Shown here piece after piece: positions 22,068 to 32,653 of a stretch of DNA of 64,000 nucleotides. Position 1 is the stretch's first letter; each line of letters opens with the position of its first letter. The notes under the pieces are model-generated. The model saw nothing but the letters and a program-made list of their open reading frames with translations. It did no database searches and was not told the DNA's origin. The DNA comes from an uncultured Chloroflexia bacterium (GTDB lineage: Bacteria; Chloroflexota; Limnocylindria; Limnocylindrales; CSP1-4): assembly GCA_963712745.1 (NCBI GenBank), contig CAVQJC010000006.1, forward strand, positions 320,001 to 384,000. Reading direction: 5' to 3'. The position numbers and the translations under genes were made by a program.

Positions 22068-25000
22068 TCAGGCTGCGCCGTGGCAGCGCTTGAACTTCTT
22101 GCCGGAGCCACACCAGCAGGGGTCATTGCGGCCGATCTTGTCGCCGTCGGGCGGCTGGCCAAGGGCACGCGCGGGCGCTGCACTGACCGTCTCGTCACCC
22201 TTCTGCAGCTGCACGTTCTTGGGCGTCTGCGGGGCCAGCCCGGGCAGGAGCTGCGTGGTCGTCGTCACGGTGGCCCCGCTGGTGGCGGTGGCGCTGCCAC
22301 CGGATGACACGGCGGGCGTCACAGTGCCGGGCGAGGCAGGCCCGGCGTCCGCCGCAGCTGCGCCGCCGTTGCCACCGAGCTTCAGTCTGGCCAGCTGCTC
22401 GGGGGTGAGCGTGGGCATGGTCGTAGGCTCCTGGGCCGGGGCCTGCTCGCGCCGCTGGACGCTGACGCGGTAGATGGTGGACGCCACCTGGTGCTGGATG
22501 AAGCCACGCAGCTCGGAGTAGAGGCTGTAGGCCTCGCGCTTGAACTCCACGAGCGGGTCGCGCCCGCCGTAGCCGCGTAGACCTACGCCCTTGCGGAAGT
22601 CCTCGAGCTCGGTGAGGTGTTCGACCCACAGCGTGTCGATCGCGCGCAGCAGTACCGCTCGCTCTACGAGCGACCAGGTCTCCTCGCCGTATTCCTGCTC
22701 GCGCTCGTCAAGTGCGTCGGCGGCCATGTCGTTGATGTAGCCGACGATGTCCTCGCGCGACCCCTGCTCGTCGAGCCTGTCAGCGGAGAAGGCCTCACCG
22801 GTCAACCCCAGGGCGCCGAGGGATTCAGAGAGGCCCTCGAAGTCCCAGTCCGTCTCGACTTCACCCAGGTGCGCCTCGACGACGCGGGCGAGCTCCTGTT
22901 CGACGAAGGCCAGGACTGTCTCGCTGAGGTCCTCGTTGTGGAGGACCTTGTCGCGTTCCTCGTAGATCCGTTCGCGCTGCTTGTTGATGACGTCGTCGTA
23001 CTCGACGATGCGCTTGCGGATATCGAAGTTGTAGCCCTCGACACGAGACTGCGCGTTCTCGACGGTCTTGGAGACCATCCGCGACTCGATGGCCACCTCC
23101 CCCTCGAGGCCCATCTTCTCCATGAGTGCGGTGACGCGTTCGTTCGCGAAGCGCTTGAGCAACGGGTCCTCGAGGGACAGGAAGTAGCGCGAGGAGCCCG
23201 GGTCGCCCTGGCGACCGGAGCGGCCACGCAGCTGGTTGTCGATGCGGCGGGCGTCGTGTCGCTCGGTGCCGATGATGTGCAGGCCACCGGCGGCCACGAC
23301 CTTCTCGTGATCTGCATCGCACTCCGCCCTGGCTTCGGCGAAGACCTTGTCGTACGTCTCCGTGTCGACCTCGACCGGGTTGAGGCCCATGTTGTGGAGC
23401 TTCTGGCTGGCAAGACCGGCGGGGTCACCGCCGAGCTTGATGTCAGTGCCGCGGCCGGCCATGTTGGTGGCGATGGTGACCGCGCTAGAACGACCAGCCT
23501 GAGCCACGATGGGCGCTTCCTTCTCGTGGAACTTGGCGTTGAGCACCTCGTGCTTCACGCCCCGCTTCTTGAGCGCCCTCGCCAGCGTCTCGCTCTTCTC
23601 GACGGAGGTCGTGCCCACCAGGACCGGCCGGCCGGCCGCCTGCTGCTCCGCGATCTCGTCGATGACGGCGTTGAACTTGGCTTCCTCGTCGCGGAAGACG
23701 AGGTCGGCGAAGTCTTCGCGGATCATCGGCAGGTGGGTCGGGACGGCCACCACGTCAAGCCCGTAGATCTTGTAGAACTCCTCCCGCTCGGTCATCGCCG
23801 TGCCGGTCATGCCGGCGAGCTTGTCGTAGAGACGGAAGTAGTTCTGGAACGTGACCGTGGCCATGGTCATCGATTCGCGCTGGATGCGGACTCCCTCCTT
23901 GGCCTCGATAGCCTGGTGGAGACCTTCCGACCAGCGGCGCCCGGGCATCTGGCGGCCGGTGAACTCGTCCACGATGACGATCTCGTCGTCCTTGACGATG
24001 TAGTCGCGGTCCCGCTTGTAGAGCGCATGGGCCCGCAGCGACTGTTCGAAGTGACGCGGCAGTCGAGGGTCCGTCTCGACCCCGTAAAGATCGCGGACGT
24101 TGAGCATCTTCTCGATCTTGGCCACGCCTTCCTCGGTCGCCGAGACAGCGTGTTCCTTGAGGTCGACGAAGTAGTCGCCACCCTCCTCGGCCCCATCCGG
24201 CCGGGCCTCGAGGCGCGGCACCAGGCGCGCGAAGACCTTGTACAGGTCACCCGATTCCCCGGCCGCGCCGCTGATGATCAGCGGCGTCCGTGCCTCGTCG
24301 ATGAGGATGTTGTCGACCTCGTCCACGATGCCGAAGTAGCGGTCACGCTGGACCCGCTCGCTGAGCTCCTGGACCATGTTGTCGCGGAGGTAGTCGAAGC
24401 CGAGCTCGTTGTTGGTGGCGTACGTCACGTCGGCGTCGTAGGCCTCCTTGCGCTCTACCGGGCGCAGGTGCACGAGGGTCTCGTCCTTGGTGCGGTAGTC
24501 GGGGTCGAAGAGATAGGCCGTGTCGTGCTGGATGATGCCGACCGCAAGGCCCAGGCCGTGGTAGATCGGTCCCATCCACTGGGGGTCACGCTTGGCCAGG
24601 TACTCGTTGACGGTGACGATGTGGACGCCCCACCCGGACATGGCGTTGAGCGCGGCGGCCAGCGGAGCCACCAGGGTCTTGCCCTCGCCCGTCTTCATCT
24701 CGGCGATCTTGCCCTCGTGCAGGGCGATCGCCCCCAGCAACTGGACGTCGAACGGACGCATCCCCAGCTCGCGACGGCTGACTTCTCGGGCTGCCGCAAA
24801 GACGTCCGGCAGTACGTCGTCGAGCGCCGCCTGCATGCGCTTCGAGTCGGCCCTCTGCCGCTCGCGTCGCAGCGACGCCCGGCGTTCGCTATCGGGGCTG
24901 TGGATCTCCTCCTCGGAGGGCTCGCTGGCAGGTGCGGCGGTGCGCACCTCCTCGCGGACCTCGACCATCTCGGCCTTGATCTGCTCGTCGGAGAGTTCGC

Positions 25001-25103
25001 TGTAGTGGACTTCCAGCTCATTGACACGATCGACGATGGGCTGGAGCGAACGCAGATCTGATTCTTCGGAGGTCCCGATCAGGCGGGACATTAACTTACG
25101 CAT
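22068..25103 (-). CDS. secA: preprotein translocase subunit SecA
   Basis: EMKTGEGKT, VDEVDNILIDEARTPLIISG, QLRGRSGRQGDPG, C-terminal SEC-C GRNDPCWCGSGKKFKRCHG. Start is the ATG at 25103. Confidence 0.98.
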   Translation of the reverse strand: MRKLMSRLIGTSEESDLRSLQPIVDRVNELEVHYSELSDEQIKAEMVEVREEVRTAAPASEPSEEEIHSPDSERRASLRRERQRADSKRMQAALDDVLPDVFAAAREVSRRELGMRPFDVQLLGAIALHEGKIAEMKTGEGKTLVAPLAAALNAMSGWGVHIVTVNEYLAKRDPQWMGPIYHGLGLAVGIIQHDTAYLFDPDYRTKDETLVHLRPVERKEAYDADVTYATNNELGFDYLRDNMVQELSERVQRDRYFGIVDEVDNILIDEARTPLIISGAAGESGDLYKVFARLVPRLEARPDGAEEGGDYFVDLKEHAVSATEEGVAKIEKMLNVRDLYGVETDPRLPRHFEQSLRAHALYKRDRDYIVKDDEIVIVDEFTGRQMPGRRWSEGLHQAIEAKEGVRIQRESMTMATVTFQNYFRLYDKLAGMTGTAMTEREEFYKIYGLDVVAVPTHLPMIREDFADLVFRDEEAKFNAVIDEIAEQQAAGRPVLVGTTSVEKSETLARALKKRGVKHEVLNAKFHEKEAPIVAQAGRSSAVTIATNMAGRGTDIKLGGDPAGLASQKLHNMGLNPVEVDTETYDKVFAEARAECDADHEKVVAAGGLHIIGTERHDARRIDNQLRGRSGRQGDPGSSRYFLSLEDPLLKRFANERVTALMEKMGLEGEVAIESRMVSKTVENAQSRVEGYNFDIRKRIVEYDDVINKQRERIYEERDKVLHNEDLSETVLAFVEQELARVVEAHLGEVETDWDFEGLSESLGALGLTGEAFSADRLDEQGSREDIVGYINDMAADALDEREQEYGEETWSLVERAVLLRAIDTLWVEHLTELEDFRKGVGLRGYGGRDPLVEFKREAYSLYSELRGFIQHQVASTIYRVSVQRREQAPAQEPTTMPTLTPEQLARLKLGGNGGAAAADAGPASPGTVTPAVSSGGSATATSGATVTTTTQLLPGLAPQTPKNVQLQKGDETVSAAPARALGQPPDGDKIGRNDPCWCGSGKKFKRCHGAA

Positions 25104-25409
25104 GGAGTCCGAAGTATAGGGCTCACGCGCGGCCGACCCCTGTGAGAGGCAGGCGTGTGTGCGGCTCCAGACAGGCCCAGCGGGACGTGGTGCATGGGCA
25201 GGGGCGGGGCGGCACGGCCCTGGGGGCGCCGCTGGCAGCCCCAACGGCGACCGATGTTCAGCGAATCTTGGACTGACCCCTTGTGTGAAACCGGTTGCTG
25301 TCGCTACACTCGGACGAAACGCCGGCGGCCACCCCCGCCGGTGTGTCTATATGCGGCCGTTGCAAGGAACGTGCCCTGGCTAACGGTCCGATGAGGGAGA
25401 GACACATAA

Positions 25410-25658
25410 GTGAAGCCGTTTTCGGTTGAGCCCGGAGCCGAGATCGGAGATCCGTCGTTCACCGACCTGATCGCCTGCGAGCGTGACTGCCGCAACTGCA
25501 GCTACGCCGCCTGGCTGGACTGTGATGGCAACTGCGGTGAATGCGTTCACAACGGCTACTGCCCGTGCGTGAACCCCGTGGTCGCCCGAAGCAAGACCGC
25601 ACTCAAGATCATCGAGCTGCGCCCCCTGCTGCTGCAGGACCTGCGCTCTCGACGCTAG
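25410..25658 (+). CDS. small Cys-rich hypothetical protein (two CxxxCxxC plus CPC)
   Basis: Purine-rich GAGGGAGAG upstream of GTG, GC-rich third codon positions, fills the secA-prfB gap. Confidence 0.7.
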   Translation: MKPFSVEPGAEIGDPSFTDLIACERDCRNCSYAAWLDCDGNCGECVHNGYCPCVNPVVARSKTALKIIELRPLLLQDLRSRR

Positions 25659-25679
25659 AAGCGACGGCCCTGACCGCCG

Positions 25680-26793
25680 ATGGACCACGCGTTGATCCGT
25701 GATCTCGTGTCCCGCGTCCACGCGACGTCGGGGCGGCTTTGACCTAGCCGCCAAGGCTCAGGAGCTGGCCGCGCTCGATGAGCGCGCCTCCCAGCCCGAC
25801 CTCTGGAACGATTCGCGCGAGGCCAAGCGCGTGCTGAGGGCTGCCGACGGCCTGCGCGAAGAGCTCGACGCCTGGAATGGCCTCATCGAGCGCGTCGACG
25901 ACATGGCCGAACTCGCCGAGCTGGCCGCCGAGACCGATGACGCCGAGCTGGAGGAAGGCGTGGCTTCCGAGTTCGCGGCCGTCGAGGCCATCTATGAGCG
26001 CATGCGCACGAGCCTGCTCTTCAGCGGCGACTACGACGACTCCGACGCCTTCATCAGCATCAGCGCCGGGGCCGGCGGTACGGAGGCCACCGACTGGGCG
26101 GAGATGCTGCTGCGCATGTACCTGCGCTGGTGTGAACGACGCGGGTTCGGCACCGAGATCGTGGACCGGCTGGAGGGCGAGGAGACCGGCATCAAGTCGG
26201 CCACCGTGTGGGTCCAGGGACGTCGGGCCTACGGCTGGCTGCGCGCGGAGGCCGGCGTGCACCGGCTCGTGCGCATCAGCCCCTACGACGCTCAGTCGCG
26301 GCGCCACACCACCTTCGTTCAGGTCGAGATCTTGCCCGAAGTGGAAGAGGCGGCGGAGATCGAGGCCATCCCCGATGACGAGCTGAAGGTCGACACCTAC
26401 CGGGCCCAGGGCGCCGGCGGGCAGCACGTCAACAAGACCGATTCCGCGGTGCGCCTGACGCACATCCCCACCGGCATCGTGGCCCAGAGCCAGAACGAAC
26501 GCTCGCAGCACCAGAACCGTGAGGCCGCCATGAAGATCCTGCGCGCGCGCCTGCTGGAGCGACGCATCGAGGAGCGCGAGGCGGAGATCCGCGAGCTCAA
26601 GGGCGAGCACAAGGACGCCGGCTGGGGCAACCAGATCCGCTCGTACGTGCTGCACCCCTACCAGATGGTCAAGGACCACCGCACAGACCACGAGACCGGC
26701 AACACCACGGCCGTGCTCGATGGCGACCTCGATGCTTTCATGGTGGCCGAGCTTGAGCGTGTCGCCACGAAGCGGGAGGGTGGCTCTGCCTGA
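25680..26793 (+). CDS. prfB: peptide chain release factor 2 (programmed +1 frameshift)
   Basis: ATG 25680 MDHALIRDLVSRVHATSGRL, then CTT-TGA-C at 25737-25743; the +1 frame continues DLAAKAQE...HRLVRISPY...GAGGQHVN. Confidence 0.97.
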
Positions 26794-27667
26794 GCTCAGA
26801 GAAGCGACCGCCGCCGATATCCCGGCCATGCTCGAGGTCTTCTTCCACGCCGTGGAGGACCTCGACACCAAGCGAGGCCGGGCGCTCCACCCACGCAGCG
26901 CGGCGCCGCTGGAGATGCACTTCGAGCACTTGCTCGTGACCGACCCGAGCTCCAGCTACGTGGCCGACGACCACGGCCGCGTCATCGCCTTCGGGGTGCT
27001 CATGCGTCGCGGCGCGGATGCGTTCCTCTCGTTCCTCTTCGTGGAGCCGTCGTGGCAGGGACGACGCATCGGTCAGAGCGTGCTCGATGCCTGCATCCGT
27101 GGGGCCGGCGAGGGCGTGGCGCGTGTCTCGGTCTGTGCCGAGGCCGACCAGCCCGTGTCAACGGGGCTCTACGCCGCGGCCGGCATGGCCCCGCGTACAC
27201 CGCTCTACCTGCTGCGCGGCGCCCTGGCCGACGACGCGCTGCCGGAGTTGCCCGCGAGCGTCCACCGACGACCCATGGTGACCGAGGCGGTGGCGGCCTT
27301 CGACCAGTCCCTGATGGGCTATCAGCGACCGGCTGACCACGCCTTGTGGGCCCGCGACCGACAGGGCGTCCTCTTCCTGGACGAGACCGAGGCTGTGCTC
27401 GGCTACGGCTACGCCCACAGCAGCGGACGGGTAGGCCCAGTGGCGGCGCTCGAGCCCTCCTACCTGCCCGGCTTCATCGGCTATCTCGCGCACGTCACGC
27501 ACGTGCTCGAAGGGCGGCAGCTGGTCGTGCCCGGTCCAGCCATCTCGGCGCTGCAGCCGCTGCTGGCCGCCGGGTTGCGAATCGACGGCGCACCGGCGGT
27601 CTACTGTTCCGCAGGCCCTGGTCCACGGTTCGACCGCTACATCCCCATGAGCTTCGCCCTCCTGTAG
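26780..27667 (+). CDS. GNAT family N-acetyltransferase
   Basis: LREATAADI, LFVEPSWQGRRIG, GLYAAAGM; GGGAGG overlaps the GTG start region. Confidence 0.85.
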   Translation: MALPELREATAADIPAMLEVFFHAVEDLDTKRGRALHPRSAAPLEMHFEHLLVTDPSSSYVADDHGRVIAFGVLMRRGADAFLSFLFVEPSWQGRRIGQSVLDACIRGAGEGVARVSVCAEADQPVSTGLYAAAGMAPRTPLYLLRGALADDALPELPASVHRRPMVTEAVAAFDQSLMGYQRPADHALWARDRQGVLFLDETEAVLGYGYAHSSGRVGPVAALEPSYLPGFIGYLAHVTHVLEGRQLVVPGPAISALQPLLAAGLRIDGAPAVYCSAGPGPRFDRYIPMSFALL

Positions 27668-27693
27668 CACAGGCCGGGCCCCACGGAGAGACG

Positions 27694-28524
27694 ATGAGCA
27701 AGCTGACACTGCCCGACACCTCGACCGAGATCGGCGCCGCGGTGGAGGTGGCCCTGGCCGCCTGCGACGCCGCGGACGCCATCTCGCTGGCCTCGTTCCG
27801 GCGGCCGATCCAGGTGGAGGCCAAGCCCGATGCCACGTTCGTGACCGAGGCCGATACGGCCGTTGAACGAGCGGTGCGGGAGTTGATCAGCGCCCGCTTC
27901 CCCGATCATGGGTTGGTGGGCGAGGAGTACGGGGAAGCAGCGTCGGAGAGCGGACGGCGCTGGATCATCGACCCTATCGACGGCACCCACAACTACATGC
28001 GGGGCGTGCCCGTGTACGCCACGTTGTTGGGGCTCGAGGTCGACGGGAGCATGGCGGTCGGCGCCGTCAGCGCCCCAGCCCTGCACCGGCGCTGGTTCAG
28101 CTGGGACCGAGGCGGAGCATGGGCCGTCGACACCGTGCCCGGCGGCTGGGACCGCGGCTCGGCCGTTCGACTGTCGGTCTCGGCGGTCGAGTCGCTGGCT
28201 GAGACCTCGGTCGTCTACTCCTCGTACCCGAGCATCGTGGAGTCGGGCCTGGCACCCGGCTTCAGCGGCCTGCTCGGCTCGGTCTGGCGAGACCGGGGCC
28301 TGGGAGACTTCTACGGCTACATGCTGGTGGCCGAGGGAGCGGCCGAGGTCATGGTCGAGTCGGAACTCAAGCTCTGGGACCTGGCCGGACCGCTGGCGGT
28401 GATGCAGCACGCCGGTGCGCGCGTGACCGACCTGGTCGGCGGGCTCGACATGCCTGCCCGGGGCGTGCTGGCCACCAATGGGCGCGTCCACGAGCCGGTC
28501 CTCGCTGCGCTCCGCGGCCAGTAG
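27694..28524 (+). CDS. hisN: histidinol-phosphate phosphatase / inositol monophosphatase family
   Basis: VTEAD, GEE, WIIDPIDGT, GDFYGYMLVAEG, LKLWD. Confidence 0.8.
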   Translation: MSKLTLPDTSTEIGAAVEVALAACDAADAISLASFRRPIQVEAKPDATFVTEADTAVERAVRELISARFPDHGLVGEEYGEAASESGRRWIIDPIDGTHNYMRGVPVYATLLGLEVDGSMAVGAVSAPALHRRWFSWDRGGAWAVDTVPGGWDRGSAVRLSVSAVESLAETSVVYSSYPSIVESGLAPGFSGLLGSVWRDRGLGDFYGYMLVAEGAAEVMVESELKLWDLAGPLAVMQHAGARVTDLVGGLDMPARGVLATNGRVHEPVLAALRGQ

Positions 28525-28626
28525 GGCCGGCGCTCCGCGCCACCAGGGCCGCCTCGAGCGGCCGGCGCGGCCAGTGCCGACGCCGCCGGCGGGCTTGGGG
28601 CGACCCCTGTGCTACGCTCGCGGCCG

Positions 28627-29457
28627 ATGAGCGACGCCGTTTCCCGGGCCGTCGCCGGGCCACCCCCCGGAGCATCCTGGCCCGATCAGGCACCAGCCCC
28701 AGTGGTGCCCGGACCCGTACCGCCCGGAGCACCAGTCCCCGGCCAGCCCCTGCCTCCGCTGGAGAGGCTCGACTCGGTGCGTCTCGACGCGGTCAGCAAG
28801 ACCTACGACACCGGCAAGGAAGCGCTCATCGACGTCGACCTCGTCATACCCGAGGGCGACTTCATCTTCCTGGTCGGGCCATCAGGCGCCGGCAAGTCGA
28901 CGCTCATCAAGCTGCTCGTGCGAGACGAGACGGCGACCGAGGGCCACGTCGAGGTAGCCGGCCATGACCTCGGCCGCATGAAGAAGCGCGAGGTGCCTCT
29001 GCTGCGCCGCAAGATCGGCATCGTCTTCCAGGACTTTCGCCTGCTGCCGCGCAAGACCGTCTACGAGAATGTGGCCTTCGCGCTCGAGGTCACCGGTACG
29101 TCCAAGCGCCTGATGGATCCGGCCGTGGAGCGCGCGCTGGCGCTGGTGGGACTCACCGAGCAGGCCAGGCAGCGCCCGCACCAGCTCTCGGGCGGCGAGC
29201 AGCAGCGCACGGCCATCGCCCGGGCCATGGTCCACGACCCGCGACTCATCATCGCCGACGAGCCTACCGGCAACCTCGACCCGCTCATCTCGTGGGAGAT
29301 CATCCAGTTGCTGCTGCGCATCAACGAGATGGGCACGACCGTGCTCATGGCCACCCACGACGCCGAGGTCGTGACGGCACTGCGCCGGCGAGTGGTGGCC
29401 CTCGAGGACGGCCGCGTGGTGCGCGACGAGGTCGGCGGATACCATCGTGAGTACTAG
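28627..29457 (+). CDS. ftsE: cell division ATP-binding protein FtsE
   Basis: [41 protein letters not shown]. Confidence 0.93.
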   Translation: MSDAVSRAVAGPPPGASWPDQAPAPVVPGPVPPGAPVPGQPLPPLERLDSVRLDAVSKTYDTGKEALIDVDLVIPEGDFIFLVGPSGAGKSTLIKLLVRDETATEGHVEVAGHDLGRMKKREVPLLRRKIGIVFQDFRLLPRKTVYENVAFALEVTGTSKRLMDPAVERALALVGLTEQARQRPHQLSGGEQQRTAIARAMVHDPRLIIADEPTGNLDPLISWEIIQLLLRINEMGTTVLMATHDAEVVTALRRRVVALEDGRVVRDEVGGYHREY

Positions 29458-29469
29458 GGCCGGCCGCTG

Positions 29470-30357
29470 ATGCACTTCGTTCGCTTCTCGATCAGGCAGG
29501 CCCTGCAGGGCCTGTGGCGCAACAGCGTCATGACGTTTGCGGCCACGTTCACGATGATCCTCATGCTCATCCTGCTGAGCGCCCTGGTCATCGTCATCTC
29601 CGGCGTGGAGGCCGGCATCGAGTACATCGAATCGCGCGTGGAGGTGCGGGCCGAGTTGCACGATGGCCTGCTCGAGGAGCGGGTGACCGACTTCCAGGCC
29701 CAGATCGAGGGCCGGCCGGACGTGACCACCGTGGTCTACGTGAGCAAGGAAGAAGCGCTTGTGAACTTCCGGGACGCACGGGCCGAGCAGGGCCAGACCG
29801 ACATCACCGGCGCCTACGTCGGATACAACCCCTTCAACGCCTACCTCTCGGTCGAGCTGCGCGACCCTCGCCGCTCGGGAGACCTGGTGGAGGCGCTGGA
29901 GTCGGAGACCGGGCTGGTCACTCGAGTGCTCGGCCAGCAGTCGGGCATCGACCGACTCGTCGCACTCACGGCCCAGCTGCGCAACCTCGGAGTCATCGTC
30001 CTCAGCTTCGTGGCCTTGACGGTCTTGCTCATCGTCGTCAACAGCATCCGCATGGCCCTGATGGCGCGTGCGCAGGAGATCGAGATCATGCGCCTGGTGG
30101 GGGCCTCCGACCGCTACGTGCGCTGGCCGTTCGTGCTCGAGGGCATCTTCATCGGGCTCGGCGGAGCGGTGGTCACGCTGGTGCTGTTGCTGGTCGCCTC
30201 GCCGGGCATCAGCGACATCGCCAGCGACATCGCGGGCTCCGTGCCGCTGGGCTTCGACCGCTCCCTGACCATGCAGATCATGGCCATCACGCTCGGTGCC
30301 GGCATCGGTCTCGGCGGGGTGGGTGCCTGGATCAGCGTGCGCACCTACCTGCGTTAG
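29470..30357 (+). CDS. ftsX: cell division permease FtsX
   Basis: [18 protein letters not shown]...[20 protein letters not shown]. Confidence 0.93.
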   Translation: MHFVRFSIRQALQGLWRNSVMTFAATFTMILMLILLSALVIVISGVEAGIEYIESRVEVRAELHDGLLEERVTDFQAQIEGRPDVTTVVYVSKEEALVNFRDARAEQGQTDITGAYVGYNPFNAYLSVELRDPRRSGDLVEALESETGLVTRVLGQQSGIDRLVALTAQLRNLGVIVLSFVALTVLLIVVNSIRMALMARAQEIEIMRLVGASDRYVRWPFVLEGIFIGLGGAVVTLVLLLVASPGISDIASDIAGSVPLGFDRSLTMQIMAITLGAGIGLGGVGAWISVRTYLR

Positions 30358-30373
30358 CAGCGACCGATCCCCG

Positions 30374-31756
30374 ATGACCTCTCCCGCCGAAATGCCGCCG
30401 CCGGCTCCTGACCAGGATTCGCCCGGAACGGGGCGCGGCGGCTCGTCAGCGGGCCTGGTGGCGGCAGTGCTGCTGGCCGTCTCCGCCGCCGTCATCTTCC
30501 TGGCCGGTCTCTCCCTCGGCGATGGCCCATCGGGTCGCAACGCCGAGGAACGGGCAGCCATCGAGGCCTTCACGGAGACCTATCAGCGCATCGCCGATGA
30601 CTACATCGGCACCCCACTCCCGGCCGAGCTGCTCGAAGGCGCCATCGAGGGCATGTTCGACGTCCTCGATGACCCCCACTCGCGGTACATGAGCCCCGAC
30701 GAGTATGGCTCCGCGCTCGACGACGCCCGCGGCGAGTTCGAGGGCATCGGGGCGGTGATGAGCACCGAGGACACCGAAGGTGAGCGCTGCGAGCCCATCG
30801 ACGAGGTCTGCCGACTGCTGGTGGTGGAGGTGCTGGCCGGTGCACCGGCACAGTCCGCCGGGCTGGCCCCGGACGACATCGTGACCGAAGTCGACGGCAC
30901 CGCGCTCATGGGCCGCACCATCGACGACTCCGTCCTGCTCATCCGCGGGCCGCGGGGCAGCGAGGTCACGCTGACGCTCGAGCGGAACGGCGAGGAGCTC
31001 CAGCTGGTCATCACCCGCGACACCGTCGTGACCGAGGACGTGCATTCCGCGACGCTGTCGGACGGACGGGTCGGCTATATCGCCATCGAGAGCTTCAGTG
31101 CCAAGTCGGCCGATGACTTCGAGGGGGCCCTGCGCTCGCATCTCGAGGGGGGCATCGACAAGCTCATCGTCGACGTGCGCGATGATCCCGGCGGCTTCGT
31201 CGATGCCACGGTGGAGATCAGTAGCCAGTTCCTCGCTGACGGTGCGGTGCTGTGGGAGGAAGATGCCGCAGGCAGGCAGGTGTCGGTCGACGTCTCCGGC
31301 GGCGGACTCGCGACCGATCCGTCGATCGAGGTGGTGCTGCTGGTCAACGGTGGTTCGGCCTCGGCCAGCGAGATCCTCGGCGGAGCCCTGCAGGATGCCG
31401 GCCGGGCCCGGCTGGTGGGTGAGCCCACGTTCGGCAAGGGCACGGTGCAGGAATGGAGCGAGCTGCCGGGTGACAACGGTGGTTATCGGCTGTCGGTGGC
31501 CAAATGGCTGACTCGCGACAAGACCTGGGTGGAGGGCGTGGGCCTGATACCCGACGTGGTCGTGCCCGATGATGAGGGGCGCTACTGGGCCGGCGCGGCA
31601 GGCGGCGACCCTGAGGCCGACCCGCAGCTGCAGGCGGCAGTCGCGCTGCTGCTGGGTGGGCCACTGTCGAGTCCGTCCCCGCTGGCCACCGAGGCGCCCG
31701 CCACCATCGAGGCAGCCGAGCCGGCATCCTCGCCCGGCCCTGCGCCTGGGGGCTGA
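30374..31756 (+). CDS. ctpA: S41 family C-terminal processing peptidase (PDZ)
   Basis: [33 protein letters not shown]. Confidence 0.92.
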   Translation: MTSPAEMPPPAPDQDSPGTGRGGSSAGLVAAVLLAVSAAVIFLAGLSLGDGPSGRNAEERAAIEAFTETYQRIADDYIGTPLPAELLEGAIEGMFDVLDDPHSRYMSPDEYGSALDDARGEFEGIGAVMSTEDTEGERCEPIDEVCRLLVVEVLAGAPAQSAGLAPDDIVTEVDGTALMGRTIDDSVLLIRGPRGSEVTLTLERNGEELQLVITRDTVVTEDVHSATLSDGRVGYIAIESFSAKSADDFEGALRSHLEGGIDKLIVDVRDDPGGFVDATVEISSQFLADGAVLWEEDAAGRQVSVDVSGGGLATDPSIEVVLLVNGGSASASEILGGALQDAGRARLVGEPTFGKGTVQEWSELPGDNGGYRLSVAKWLTRDKTWVEGVGLIPDVVVPDDEGRYWAGAAGGDPEADPQLQAAVALLLGGPLSSPSPLATEAPATIEAAEPASSPGPAPGG

Positions 31757-31957
31757 GATGTGCCCGGGGTCCCGCCATGCGAAGCTTGGTCGGACAGATG
31801 CACCGAGCAGTCGGTGTGGACACCGCCACGCATCGGCTGCCACGGACGAAGTCGCTGACCAGTTGGCGTGGTCAAAGTCACTGAGCAACAACAAGGCCGA
31901 ACGCTGCCACTTGACAGGTCGGGTACCGTCTCCTCAAGCGAAAGGAGGTGGTGTGCA

Positions 31958-32005
31958 ATGCAAACTCGTTTAAGTAGCAGCACCGCCTCGGAGGTTCGAC
32001 GCTAG
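31958..32005 (+). CDS. putative 15-aa leader/small peptide MQTRLSSSTASEVRR
   Basis: Near-perfect SD AAAGGAGGTG (31941-31950) 7 nt upstream of ATG; the stop codon overlaps the loop of a hairpin. Confidence 0.55.
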   Translation: MQTRLSSSTASEVRR

Positions 32006-32036
32006 TCGAGCCGACCGGGTGGTGTTTGCCACGAGG

Positions 32037-32070
32037 ACGCCGGCCCACTTGGGCCGGCGTTCGTATGTCT
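32037..32070 (+). terminator. putative intrinsic terminator upstream of smpB
   Basis: ACGCCGGCCC-actt-GGGCCGGCGT perfect 10-bp stem, followed by a weak T-containing tail. Confidence 0.6.
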
Positions 32071-32125
32071 GTGCGACCCTAGGGGGCCGCCACCCGCCAC
32101 CGCCAGCACTCTGGGGATCCGACCG

Positions 32126-32587
32126 ATGGGCAAGACCGTCGCCACCAACCGCAAAGCCCGCCACGACTACACGATCGAGGATTCGTTCGAAGCCGGCATC
32201 GCGCTCACCGGCACCGAGATCAAGTCGGTGCGCGAGGGCTCGGTCAACCTGCAGGACGCCTACGCTCGCATCGAGAGGGGAGAGGCCTGGCTGGTCGGTG
32301 CCCGAATCGCGCCCTGGGCCGGCGGCAACCGCTACAACCACGAGCCCATGCGCGACCGCAAGCTGCTGCTCCATCGGACGCAGATAGATCAGTTGCTGGG
32401 GCGCACCAAGGCCAAGGGCCTGACGATGGTTCCGCTTTCGATGTACTTCAACGATCGGGGCAGGGCCAAGATAGAGCTCGGGCTCGCGCGCGGCAAGAAG
32501 AACTACGACCGTCGCCGCGATATCGCCGCCCGCCAGGCCAAGCGCGACATGGATCGCGAGATCTCGGACGCGATGCGCGGCCGCTAG
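32126..32587 (+). CDS. smpB: SsrA-binding protein
   Basis: NRKARHDY, GIALTGTEIKSVR, RKLLLH, LARGKKNYDRR. Confidence 0.98.
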   Translation: MGKTVATNRKARHDYTIEDSFEAGIALTGTEIKSVREGSVNLQDAYARIERGEAWLVGARIAPWAGGNRYNHEPMRDRKLLLHRTQIDQLLGRTKAKGLTMVPLSMYFNDRGRAKIELGLARGKKNYDRRRDIAARQAKRDMDREISDAMRGR

Positions 32588-32633
32588 CGCGGCACACCAG
32601 CCCCGCCTCGACTAGACAGAACGTGTGTTCGAC

Positions 32634-32642
32634 TGCTAGAAT
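32634..32642 (+). promoter_or_regulatory. extended -10 promoter of ssrA
   Basis: TGcTAGAAT, 11 nt upstream of the tmRNA 5' end. Confidence 0.7.
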
Positions 32643-32653
32643 CAAGGGTCCGT

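Noticed and set aside
25410-25658. Radical SAM enzyme or RiPP precursor
   Set aside because: Too short for a radical SAM barrel, and no maturase, peptidase or transporter lies nearby.
27694-28524. Inositol monophosphatase serving the PI pathway
   Set aside because: Motifs (GDFYGYMLVAEG) fit the HisN subfamily better, and the gene is ~29 kb from ino1.
31958-32005. Type I toxin
   Set aside because: SD sequestration fits, but the peptide is short and hydrophilic with no TM segment, and no antisense promoter was recognised.
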